From contig JBHHXN010000056.1 of the NCBI GenBank assembly GCA_046757025.1, positions 1 through 28,432 on the forward strand: a stretch of DNA of 28,432 bases, read 5' to 3'. Below, piece by piece: positions 9,814-18,688 of this stretch. The notes under the pieces were generated by a model. It searched no databases, was not told the origin of the DNA, and worked only from the letters and a program-made list of their open reading frames with translations. This DNA comes from a bacterium (GTDB taxonomy: Bacteria > Zhuqueibacterota > Zhuqueibacteria > Oceanimicrobiales > Oceanimicrobiaceae). A program made the position numbers and the translations under genes. Position 1 is the stretch's first letter, and every line of letters begins with the position of its first letter.

Positions 9814-10638
9814 ATGAAAAGATTAGAAAACACGCGTGTACGAAAAACCGATAGCAAACCCTATTCCCTCATAAAAATTGACGAGGTGCTGATTGGAGAA
9901 GGGTACTTCACGGTCATCGCCGGTCCCTGTGCATTGGAGAATCCGGAGCAAGCGCTCAAAACCGCCCGTTCGGTGGCTAAGGCCGGGGCCAAAATTATGC
10001 GCGGTTCGATCTTTAAGCCGCGTACTTCACCTTATTCGTTTCAGGGAATCGGCCCGGAGGGCATCGAACTGTTCAAGCTCATAAAAGAGGAGACCGGGCT
10101 GCTCATCGAAACGGAAATTTTAGCGCCAGCCCACCTGGAGTTGCTTGCCGACCAGGTCGATTTACTGCGCATCGGTTCACGCAATATGGATAACTTCGAT
10201 CTTCTTAAAGAAGTGGGCAAAACCGGCAAACCCGTGATTTTAAAAAGAAACATGAGCGCCACACTGGAGGAATTTCTGCTGGCGGCAGAATACATACTCG
10301 CCGAAGGCAACGAGCAGGTCATTTTATGTGAACGCGGCATCCGTACCTTTGAAACCTACACCCGAAATACGCTGGACATCCTTGCCGTACCGGCGGTGAA
10401 AGAACTGTCGCACCTGCCCATCATCGTAGATCCTTCTCACAGTACGGGAATTAGAAGTTTGGTGAATTCTGCCAGCAAAGCCGCGCTGGCTGCCGGAGCG
10501 GACGGCCTCATGGTGGAAGTCCATCCCCATCCTAAAAAAGCCCTTTCCGACGGCTACCAATCTTTAAACCTGAGCGAATTTGCCAGCCTGATGAGTGAGC
10601 TTCGAGGCCTTGCTCTGGTTTTGAAGAAGAAGATGTAA
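9814..10638 (+). CDS. aroF: 3-deoxy-7-phosphoheptulonate (DAHP) synthase, type I-beta, catalytic domain only
   Basis: IAGPCALE, FKPRTSPYSFQG, IGSRNM, LCERGIRTFE, DPSH and EVHP...ALSDG motifs. Confidence 0.95.
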   Translation: MKRLENTRVRKTDSKPYSLIKIDEVLIGEGYFTVIAGPCALENPEQALKTARSVAKAGAKIMRGSIFKPRTSPYSFQGIGPEGIELFKLIKEETGLLIETEILAPAHLELLADQVDLLRIGSRNMDNFDLLKEVGKTGKPVILKRNMSATLEEFLLAAEYILAEGNEQVILCERGIRTFETYTRNTLDILAVPAVKELSHLPIIVDPSHSTGIRSLVNSASKAALAAGADGLMVEVHPHPKKALSDGYQSLNLSEFASLMSELRGLALVLKKKM

Positions 10639-10645
10639 ATCCACG

Positions 10646-11389
10646 ATGCCCCCGGATCACTCAAATCTGAAAGCCGAATCCTTTGACATCTCTGAAAGGC
10701 AAAAATACGTGGCGGAGCTGTTTGATACGCTGGCGCCCAAGTACGACCGATTCAACCGCTGGGTCAGTTTGTTCCGCGATGCGAAATGGCGGCAGGAAAC
10801 CGTTCGTCAATTGCAGGAGCGCGCCACCGGCGTGGTGCTGGATCTGGCTGCCGGCACCGGCGATTTAGCACAAGCGGCATTGTTGGCTGGCGCTCAGCAG
10901 GTACATGTTTTCGATATTGCCTTCGAAATGCTTTCGTTTGCGAAACGAAAAATCGACCAGCCGCTTCGACCAAATCAACAAGTGACTTTTGAACTGGGAT
11001 CAGCGAACCAATTGCCGTTTCAGAGCGAATCCATCGATGGCATTGTCAGCGGCTTTGCCATTCGAAATATCTATCATTTTCTGGACGAAGTGCTGTCGGA
11101 AATTTACCGCGTGCTCAAGCGCGGCGGGCGTCTGGCGGTTCTGGAGCTGAGCCAACCGGGCAATCCGTTCATTCGGCTGGGATTTCGTTTGCACATGAAA
11201 ACCGTCATGCCCCTGATAGGCAGAATCATCGCCGGCAATTCTGAACCCTTTCAGTACCTCTATCAAACCACTATGACTTTTCTCAAAGCCAAAGAATTTG
11301 CACACAAACTGACCGAAGCCGGTTTTCACGACGTTCAATTCCAAAAATATTTGTTTGGCGGCATTGCTATTCACAGCGGCTGCAAGTAA
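10646..11389 (+). CDS. ubiE: Ubiquinone/menaquinone biosynthesis C-methyltransferase (UbiE/MenG family)
   Basis: VAELFDTLAPKYDRFN, VLDLAAGTGD SAM motif, SGFAIRN and EIYRVLKRGG. Starts 7 bp after aroF. Confidence 0.85.
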   Translation: MPPDHSNLKAESFDISERQKYVAELFDTLAPKYDRFNRWVSLFRDAKWRQETVRQLQERATGVVLDLAAGTGDLAQAALLAGAQQVHVFDIAFEMLSFAKRKIDQPLRPNQQVTFELGSANQLPFQSESIDGIVSGFAIRNIYHFLDEVLSEIYRVLKRGGRLAVLELSQPGNPFIRLGFRLHMKTVMPLIGRIIAGNSEPFQYLYQTTMTFLKAKEFAHKLTEAGFHDVQFQKYLFGGIAIHSGCK

Positions 11390-11394
11390 TTAGT

Positions 11395-11568
11395 GTCTGA
11401 CTGAAAACGACCCTATCTTCCCGAAGGCCTGCTGGCCGAGGGTGTATGCCTGTTGGCTCGGCGGGGCCGGCCCTTAGCTTCGTCGAAGAGCCTGTCCTGA
11501 GCTTTGTCGAAGGGACGCCGTCACGAAGAGGTTGTTAATTTGCGCATTTCTATAGTTTTCTTTCAGTC
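11395..11568. mobile_element. MITE-like element family B, copy 1
   Basis: Imperfect TIRs gtctgactgaaaac / gttttctttcagtc. Body is homologous to 15348-15499 (cgaccctatcttccc, gcctgtcctgagctttgtcgaagggacgcc, gcgcatttct) and carries an extra degenerate 'cttagcttcgtcgaag' unit. Confidence 0.72.
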
Positions 11569-11811
11569 ATGATTTGTGAATTGTGTCGCGTTGTTATACA
11601 ATTAGTTTAGAAAATTTCATTCTCTTAAGGAGTCCTTTCCGTTGAGCAGGATCGATCAGAAAGACCCTATTGGCAGATGACTGAGCGAAATGGATTACCG
11701 CGCATTATTCACATCCGCTCCACTCAGGGTGAATAACACGACTTTTTGGACAGCCTTTGAACGCTTGGCAGCATTCCGGACACCCCTTATCCCACTCGAA
11801 ATTGATCAGCG

Positions 11812-13083
11812 TCATTTCTCCGAAATGGCGTACAAAGCCTGGTAGGTGCGAAGATAAATCGTTCCGTTGGCGATGGCCAAAGAAGCGGCGAGGCGCTCAC
11901 GCAGGTTGTTCTTGCTGAGGATTTTAAATTCGCGCCCGGCCTGCACCACGCTGACGGTACCATCCATGCCCATCAAATAGATCTTACCGTCGGCAAAGAC
12001 GGGCGAACCGCGGTGACGTTTGCGATGTACCCGCTCTTTGAAGATCAATGCCCCCGTTTGAGCGTCAAGGCACAGGAGCTGGCCGTTTTCACGGCAGAGA
12101 TAGACCAGTCCGTCATGGATGAGCGGCGACGGCACATCCGGCGTGTTGTTTTTCAGGCGCCAACTCAAGTGGCTTTTTGAGTTGGTGATATTCCCGGCGG
12201 CGCCTTCGGGATTCAAACCCAGCACGGGTCCGTTTTTGGCGGAAGGCACTACGATGAGGTTGGGCGCGGTGACCGGCGTGGCTACCAGTCGAAACAGCGG
12301 ATTGTAAATGCCGGTTTGCAGTCCACCGCAGCGCCAGAGCTCGCGACCGTCGTTGAGATCGTGTGCCACGAGATAGTCCGCGCCGTGGGTAAGCAGAAAC
12401 TCCTGGCCGTGGTAACGATAGATCACCGGCGAAGTGTAAGCGTGCCGGCTTTCCCAGTAAGCGTCGGTCTGGCGCTGATGCAGCCAGATTTCCCGACCGG
12501 TATTTTTATCCAGCGCCACCACAGCCTGCTGGTTGGTGTGCAGCAGCAACAAGTACAATCGATCGCCGTCCAGAAGCGGTGAGCTGGACATGCCCCAGTA
12601 TATGCGAAACGATTTGTAACGTTTTTGCACGTTGAATTTCCAGATTTCGTTGCCGTCAAAATCCACACAGGCCAGGTCGCCGGTGCCAAAAAATACCCAA
12701 ACGCGACGGCCGTCGGTTGAAGGAGAGGGGGCGGCCATGTTGCTTTCCCCCTGGCGTATGCTGGTGTTGCCGCGGCTTAAGGCCTTTTTCCAGAGGATTT
12801 CGCCATGGGTATTGGCGCATATCAGCAACAAGTCCTGATCCGCCGCGGCGGTGAGAAAAATACGCTCACCCCAAACGACGGGCGTGGAAGGGCTCGGTCC
12901 GGGCAGCTCCAGCCGCCAGCGCACATTTTCGGTTTGGCTCCAACTGGCGGGTAAGTTGCGCTCCTGACTGGTGCCGTCATGACGCGGCCCCCGCCAACTC
13001 GGCCAATTCTCGGTTGTTAAATTGGTTTGACCAAAAATTAGTGGAAACAAAACACTTATTAACAATCTAGAAAAAAAAGTCAT
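11812..13083 (-). CDS. PQQ-binding-like beta-propeller repeat protein (BamB-like), exported
   Basis: NWPSWRGP, STPVVWGERIF, repeated ALDKNTGREIW-type and SSPLL/GSPV motifs, plus a signal peptide. Confidence 0.9.
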   Translation of the reverse strand: MTFFSRLLISVLFPLIFGQTNLTTENWPSWRGPRHDGTSQERNLPASWSQTENVRWRLELPGPSPSTPVVWGERIFLTAAADQDLLLICANTHGEILWKKALSRGNTSIRQGESNMAAPSPSTDGRRVWVFFGTGDLACVDFDGNEIWKFNVQKRYKSFRIYWGMSSSPLLDGDRLYLLLLHTNQQAVVALDKNTGREIWLHQRQTDAYWESRHAYTSPVIYRYHGQEFLLTHGADYLVAHDLNDGRELWRCGGLQTGIYNPLFRLVATPVTAPNLIVVPSAKNGPVLGLNPEGAAGNITNSKSHLSWRLKNNTPDVPSPLIHDGLVYLCRENGQLLCLDAQTGALIFKERVHRKRHRGSPVFADGKIYLMGMDGTVSVVQAGREFKILSKNNLRERLAASLAIANGTIYLRTYQALYAISEK

Positions 13084-13317
13084 CTCAAATGCTCCTTAAA
13101 AAGTGGGAATTAACTTATTTTGCCTTGGGTGAAAGGGCAACTCGAACTCAGAAGCAGAATTTTATGGGGTGCTCCAAAAGTGCCATCTGAAGCTTGAACC
13201 ACTAAAGAGCCGCGTTTCCGAAAAGCGAAGTCGAAGGGGCTGTATGTTCAACCGGTCGTTCATCTGAACCATTTGAAGGTGTTGATCAGGGCTATGATGA
13301 CTTTCTGTTAGGCATTT

Positions 13318-14736
13318 TTAAAATTTTAGATAATCGGAGTACTTATATTCAACGCCTTTCAGACGGTACTCACCGGTGATTTTGTCCGGAACGTACTCAC
13401 CCTGCCATTCTTTCCGCGCTATTTTATGTAACAATTCTACGCAGGCATCAATTTCCGCTTCGTCATTGTAGATGCCGAAACTAATACGTGCGGCGCCGGG
13501 TAAGTCCGAGCGATCGTGTCTTAGAATTTTATTTTCCAATTGCTGGGATTCCTCATCGGTGATATTCAGCAGGCATTTGATGTAGGGGTGGGCACAAAAA
13601 CAACCGTTTCGCACACCGATGCCTCTTTCGTAGTTTAAAATAGCCGCCACCAGCGCGTTGGGTAAATGGTCGATGTTGAATGAGATCACTCCCAGTCGGT
13701 TTTCCACCAGTTGCGGATCGCTGCCGCCGTAAATGTGCATGCCGGGAATGCCGCGCATGTGTTTTAATGCGTAGCTGGTCAGCTGACTTTCGTGCTCGGC
13801 AACCTTATTCATGCCGAGCTCTTCCATCACCAGCAGGGCTTTGGCCAGGGCGATGACGCCCACAATATTGGGGGTGCCCGCTTCTTCTTTTTCAGGTAAA
13901 TCGGTCCAGTAGGTATAATCCAGAGACACGATGTCCACGGTGCCGCCGCCTACAAAATCGGGATCGCCTTCGGCGAATACTTCTTTGTTACCGATCAACA
14001 CACCCGTTCCAAACGGGGCGTAGATTTTGTGCGCGGAAAAAGCTAAAAAATCGATGTGTCCGGGATCGTCGGGCGACCGCATGTCCACTTTGCGGTGCGG
14101 CACCAATTGTGCGGCATCCACCATGATGGGCACATCAAATCGGTGGCAGATTTCCGCGAGATGGTGCACATCGTTTATCCAGCCGGAGACGTTGGAAGCG
14201 CCGGTTACCGCAAACAACGCCACGTGGTATTTCTCCAAATGCGCAATCAGATCCCTTTCATCCAATCGTCCCTGTTCGTCGATCTCGATGTGCATGACCT
14301 TCGTCCGCGCGCGCCAGGGTAAATCGTTGGAGTGGTGTTCCATTTTACTCACCAAAATGATCTGGTCGGCAGCGATGGGCAGACGATGGGCTAATTTGTT
14401 GATGGCTTCGGTGGCATTTTTTCCGAAAATGATGGTGTGATCTTCCAGATCCACGTTGACAAACCTGGCCACGATTTCACGCGATTGATCGTACATGTGG
14501 GACGAGAGCTGTGATTTGAAGCCCGTGCCGCGATGAATGTTGCTGTACCAGAGCATCAATTCATTGACTTTGTCTAACACCGGCTTCAGCACCGGCGTGC
14601 TGGCCGCGTTATCGAAATTGATGTATCGTACGTGGCAACCATCGAGGATGGGAACCTTCATATCGTAACCGACGATATTTTTCTTGATATTTTTCCAGGA
14701 AATATCACATTCTGAATTCGATGAATTGAAAACCAT
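13318..14736 (-). CDS. Class V PLP-dependent aminotransferase-fold enzyme (cysteine desulfurase/SufS-like)
   Basis: NFDNAASTP, MEHHSNDLPW, VDAAQLVPH, FSAHKIYAPFGTG (PLP lysine), EAGTPN and GVRNGCFCAHPY motifs. Confidence 0.92.
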   Translation of the reverse strand: MVFNSSNSECDISWKNIKKNIVGYDMKVPILDGCHVRYINFDNAASTPVLKPVLDKVNELMLWYSNIHRGTGFKSQLSSHMYDQSREIVARFVNVDLEDHTIIFGKNATEAINKLAHRLPIAADQIILVSKMEHHSNDLPWRARTKVMHIEIDEQGRLDERDLIAHLEKYHVALFAVTGASNVSGWINDVHHLAEICHRFDVPIMVDAAQLVPHRKVDMRSPDDPGHIDFLAFSAHKIYAPFGTGVLIGNKEVFAEGDPDFVGGGTVDIVSLDYTYWTDLPEKEEAGTPNIVGVIALAKALLVMEELGMNKVAEHESQLTSYALKHMRGIPGMHIYGGSDPQLVENRLGVISFNIDHLPNALVAAILNYERGIGVRNGCFCAHPYIKCLLNITDEESQQLENKILRHDRSDLPGAARISFGIYNDEAEIDACVELLHKIARKEWQGEYVPDKITGEYRLKGVEYKYSDYLKF

Positions 14737-14867
14737 TTGTAAAATCTCCGCTATTTTGAATGCTCATCCGCATTTGTTTTTCATTTGGTTTCATATATGG
14801 TGGTTTATCGAAAAAATGGTTGCAGTCATTCCCCCCAGTCCCAAAAACTTAATCGTAAAAATGAATT

Positions 14868-14894
14868 GTCATTTCTGGGAAAGCCGGAATCCAG
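14868..14894. repeat. REP-like palindromic unit (GTCATT...GGAATCCAG type), degenerate
   Basis: gtcatttctgggaaagccggaatccag, related to the gtcattcccc...gaatct unit near 24948. Confidence 0.45.
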
Positions 14895-15347
14895 AAAGAA
14901 CCGCCAACTATTGACTCCTTCTTATACACAGAACGGCGAACTCATGGTCCATCAGGACTTCCCCATAAAATTCAGGTATGCAGGAAAGCTTCTTCAGTTA
15001 TTAGCCACCCCGCTCTATTTTAAAGTCTTTGGGAATAACCACCATGTTGATTTTTCAGAGGAACCATCGAGACTCCCAGAATCAAAATATAAAAAAAATA
15101 CCATTAATTCAACAGATTTGATGTTGACGCTCCGGACTTAATCCGGCCCTTGTCTGTTTTGAAATTAACTAATTGACTATTTGAATGTCTGATGAACTGA
15201 GTGAGTTGCTTGCTGGAGATGTGTTTATTTTTTAAATCCGTGTCACTAAAAGTGTTGTGAAATGGTTTTAAATTTGTTAAATTTAACTGGTTGTTCAAAA
15301 TGCCATTTCTGAGAATCGAATTGGTAAAAAATTTGTTATCAAATAAT

Positions 15348-15499
15348 GTCTGAACGAAAACGACCCTATCTTCCCGGAAGGCCTACTGACCGCGGGTGAA
15401 ATCCTTCTCTGCTCGGCAGGGCCTGTCCTGAGCTTTGTCGAAGGGACGCCTTTGCGAAAAGGTGTCTAAATCGCGCATTTCTCGAGTTTTCGTTCAGAC
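15348..15499. mobile_element. MITE-like element family B, copy 2
   Basis: Perfect 14-bp TIR gtctgaacgaaaac (15348-15361) / gttttcgttcagac (15486-15499), extendable with one mismatch to TA-bounded ends. Homologous to 11395-11568. Confidence 0.78.
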
Positions 15500-15551
15500 C
15501 TTAAATATTGAAAAAAACATGTGAGGTATTTAACCATAAAGAACAGGGAAC

Positions 15552-16841
15552 ATGAATAAAAACAGCGGACTGGAAATGGAAACGGACTCAGAAAATGATT
15601 CGTCTCTGGAAACGGAGACAAAAAAAAGACTGGACGTCGCGCACTTCGATTTACCGGTACACGAGATTCGATGTGGGTTTCGATCAGCAGTGTATTTTTG
15701 GCGCAGCAAGCGCATTCTGGAGCAGGATCGGCATCGTGCCCACATAACACACCAGATTTTTCAGAAGAACGAAGAAGTGAAAATATGCGGCACCGACGAA
15801 GCCCTGGCTATTTTAAAAGTGGCGACCGGCTATTTTAAAGATTATGAAAAAGCGTTGGCTCTCTTCGATGAATTTCTTGCCTTGAAGCAACGGCTGCAGG
15901 TGTATCCCTCCGGTGCTGATCCCCAGGTATATTTGCACTGTGCAAAAAAAATGGCGGAGCTGTCGCTGGAGCTCGATTCACTGTGGGTGGATCAGTTCAG
16001 AGAAGTGGAGGTTTACGCTCTGCATGACGGAGACCGGTTGATGGCTTGGGAAACCGCCATGTTGATCGAAGGGGATTATGCCTTGTTTGCCCATCTGGAA
16101 TCGCTCTACCTGGGCGTTCTGGCGCGTCGGACAAAAATTGCCACCAATTCGCATCGCGTGGTGCAGGCGGCGCGGGGCAAGCCGGTACTGTTTTTCGCCG
16201 ATCGCTTCGATCATTTCTACATGCAGGACGGCGATGGCTATGCAGCCCGAATTGGCGGAGTCAGCGGTGTGGCTTCCAACGCCATGGCCTCCTGGTATGG
16301 TGAAAAAGGCATCGGCACGGTTCCCCACGCCTTGATCGTTTCGTATGGCGGCGATTCGGCTCTGGTGAACGCCAAGTTTAGCGAATATTTTCCTGAAATC
16401 AACAACATCAGCCTGGTGGACTTCAAGAATGATTGCGTACAAACGGCGCTGGAAGCGGCCAGGAAACTGGGCGAAAAACTTTGGGGCGTGCGGCTGGATG
16501 TGGCTGAAAACGTCATCGACCGCTCTTTGCAGGAAGAGACCCATTTGAAAGACAGCGAACGTTACGGCGTGACCCCGCGGCTGGTGGAAAAAGTGCGCAC
16601 CGCCCTCGATAACGAAGGCTTTCAGCACGTCAAAATTATCGTGTCGGGCGGGTTTAATCCGCAGCGTATTGCCCGATTTGAAGCCCTCTCTGCGCCGGTG
16701 GACGTGTACGCCGTGGGAAGCTGGATCTTGTCCGGCTGCTATGATTTCACCGCCGATGCCGTGCGGCTCGACGGTAAAAAATTAGCTAAAGTCGGCCGGG
16801 AATACCGACCGAATCCCCGTCTTGAGAAAGTGAATTATTAA
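15552..16841 (+). CDS. pncB: Nicotinate phosphoribosyltransferase-like protein (PRK07188-type)
   Basis: GFRSAVYF, FAHLESLYLGVLARRTKIATN, FADRFDH, QDGDGYAA, GTVPHALI, LVDFKNDC, LWGVRLD, IIVSGGFN and AKVGR motifs. Confidence 0.82.
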   Translation: MNKNSGLEMETDSENDSSLETETKKRLDVAHFDLPVHEIRCGFRSAVYFWRSKRILEQDRHRAHITHQIFQKNEEVKICGTDEALAILKVATGYFKDYEKALALFDEFLALKQRLQVYPSGADPQVYLHCAKKMAELSLELDSLWVDQFREVEVYALHDGDRLMAWETAMLIEGDYALFAHLESLYLGVLARRTKIATNSHRVVQAARGKPVLFFADRFDHFYMQDGDGYAARIGGVSGVASNAMASWYGEKGIGTVPHALIVSYGGDSALVNAKFSEYFPEINNISLVDFKNDCVQTALEAARKLGEKLWGVRLDVAENVIDRSLQEETHLKDSERYGVTPRLVEKVRTALDNEGFQHVKIIVSGGFNPQRIARFEALSAPVDVYAVGSWILSGCYDFTADAVRLDGKKLAKVGREYRPNPRLEKVNY

Positions 16842-16907
16842 ATGTAAACGGAGGTGAAATAGTGCAAGCCTGCACGGACAGGGGGGGGCGGCGGTGTTCA
16901 AGCTTTA

Positions 16908-16995
16908 CAGACTGTGTGAAAAGTAGCTTAGCTGACTAAAAACCAAAAACATCTTGAATGACACAAGCCTGGAACTTGATTTTTCACACAGGCTC
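16908..16995. mobile_element. MITE-like element family C, copy 1 (about 88 bp)
   Basis: TIRs cagactgtgtgaaaa / ttttcacacaggctc with TA on both sides. Same ends as 24915-25094. Confidence 0.65.
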
Positions 16996-17148
16996 TAAAG
17001 CGTGAATCCCCTTGATTATAAACACCTCAACCCGTTGATGGAACCATTCAACGGTAAATTGCTCAAATTAGGTAAAAGTAAATGAAGAGCATATAATATG
17101 TTAGCAAATTCAGAAAGGTTATTTAAAAAAGTTGATTGAGGATCAGTC

Positions 17149-18183
17149 ATGAGTCACAAAGCGTTACCCATTCCGGCTCATTTTGACCCGGCAAAAGTGG
17201 GAACCGTCTGGCGTGTGCCGTACCAGGAACGCGCCAAAGACGCTGAAAATTGGCGGAATTTACACAAAATTCAGCCGGCGGCTCGGGACAAGTTTCGCAC
17301 CTGTCTCATGGCCGTGGATGTCCAGAACACTTTTTGCATTCCGGATTTTGAGCTGTTCGTGGGGGGGCGTTCCGGCACCGGCGCGGTGGACGACAATCGC
17401 CGCTTGTGTGAATTTATCTACCGCCACCTGGATATTATCACCGAAATTTGCCCAACCTTGGACACGCACCAGGTCCTACAGATTTTTCACAGCGTGTTTC
17501 TCATCAACGATAAAGGTGAGCACCCGGCGCCTTTCACTCTGGTGTCAGTGCAGGATATTGAAAAAGGCGTCTGGAAATTTAATCCGGAGGTGGGGCGTTC
17601 ACTGGGCGTGGATTTGGATTACGGACAGAAGTATTTGCGGCACTACACGCAAAAACTCAGAGAAGGCGGCAAGTACGAGCTGACTATCTGGCCCTATCAT
17701 GCCATGCTCGGTGGCATCGGGCACGCACTGGTTTCCTCTGTGGAGGAAGCGATCTTTTTTCACAGTATCGCACGCCTGAGTCAGCCGGATTTTCAGGTGA
17801 AAGGCAACAATCCCCTCACGGAAAATTATTCCGTTCTCAGCCCGGAGATCGTCGAGGATTTCGAAAACAACCCCATCGAAGACCGCAACGTTTCCTTTTT
17901 GCAAAAATTGCTGAATTTCGATGCCGTCATCATCGTTGGGCAGGCTAAAAGTCACTGTGTGGCGTGGACTATTGCCGATCTTTTGAGTGATATCCAAATG
18001 ACCGATCGACGCATTGCGGAGAAGGTTTATCTCTTGGAAGATTGCATGTCGCCGGTGGTGATTCCCGGGCTCATCGACTACACCGAGGAAGCCAACGCCG
18101 CTTTTCAGCGGTTTGCGGAAGCGGGAATGCACATTGTACGTTCGACGGAGCCACTCGAAAGTTGGCCGGGGATCCGACTGTAG
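17149..18183 (+). CDS. Isochorismatase-fold cysteine hydrolase, probable nicotinamidase (PncA-like)
   Basis: Catalytic Asp (AVDVQNTF), Lys (QVKG) and Cys (AKSHCV), with metal-ligand-like LDTH and IWPYH. Lies directly downstream of the pncB-like gene. Confidence 0.8.
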   Translation: MSHKALPIPAHFDPAKVGTVWRVPYQERAKDAENWRNLHKIQPAARDKFRTCLMAVDVQNTFCIPDFELFVGGRSGTGAVDDNRRLCEFIYRHLDIITEICPTLDTHQVLQIFHSVFLINDKGEHPAPFTLVSVQDIEKGVWKFNPEVGRSLGVDLDYGQKYLRHYTQKLREGGKYELTIWPYHAMLGGIGHALVSSVEEAIFFHSIARLSQPDFQVKGNNPLTENYSVLSPEIVEDFENNPIEDRNVSFLQKLLNFDAVIIVGQAKSHCVAWTIADLLSDIQMTDRRIAEKVYLLEDCMSPVVIPGLIDYTEEANAAFQRFAEAGMHIVRSTEPLESWPGIRL

Positions 18184-18199
18184 TAGGTTGGCTTCACTT

Positions 18200-18658
18200 T
18201 TAGAGATGCTTTTTTAATAGAGCAATCTGACCTGCGTGGTAAAGGTCATGTTGAACGACGCCGTGCAGCAACACGTAGATTGAATAATCATGGGCTGGTA
18301 CCGTTTCATCCAATTGAGAATCGTTTAGCCGGGTGACCGTTTCCACAAGCCTGGATTGAGTTTTTTTCAGCGTGGCCAGGGTAAGCTGCCAGGCGCTATC
18401 ACTGACTTCTCCGACTTGTGGCCAGTCTTCTTCATCAGTCGGCGCCCAGTTGTTTCCAGAGATTTGCTTGTGGGCCACTTCTTTCCAAGTGATGATGTGC
18501 AGTACGATCTCCCAGATATTGTGGACATCCGCAAAGGGTCTGGCAGCGGCCTTGGTGCTTGTGACGCTGTCCAATACTTCCAACAGAGCCGGACCGTGTC
18601 AGGCATCTTTCTGAAAAGCTTTATTGAATTGATCCAAAATTCTTTTGACTTCCTGTAT
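18200..18658 (-). pseudogene. DinB family protein with ATA at the expected start and an in-frame TGA at codon 20
   Basis: Upstream in-frame translation is IQEVKRILDQFNKAFQKDA*HGPALLEVL (family pattern AWHGP). HNIWEIVLH and HDLYHAGQI motifs are intact. An AAGGA RBS-like sequence precedes the ATA at 18658. Confidence 0.8.
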
Positions 18659-18688
18659 CGGTTTCTTCCTTTTATCGTTAGATGGGTC

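Noticed and set aside
13165..13315. Additional degenerate MITE (gctccaaaagt...actttctgttaggc, internal gaagtcgaaggg)
   Set aside because: The end similarity is too degenerate to support by eye.
14785..15298. ORFs 14785-15141 (+) and 15104-15298 (-) as real genes
   Set aside because: No recognisable motifs, they overlap REP-like repeats, and they lie in an AT-rich region between divergent genes.
18599..18601. TGA as selenocysteine or genome-wide Trp recoding
   Set aside because: The position corresponds to Trp rather than Cys, and several complete genes here end in TGA (11812, 21080, 23752, 26429).
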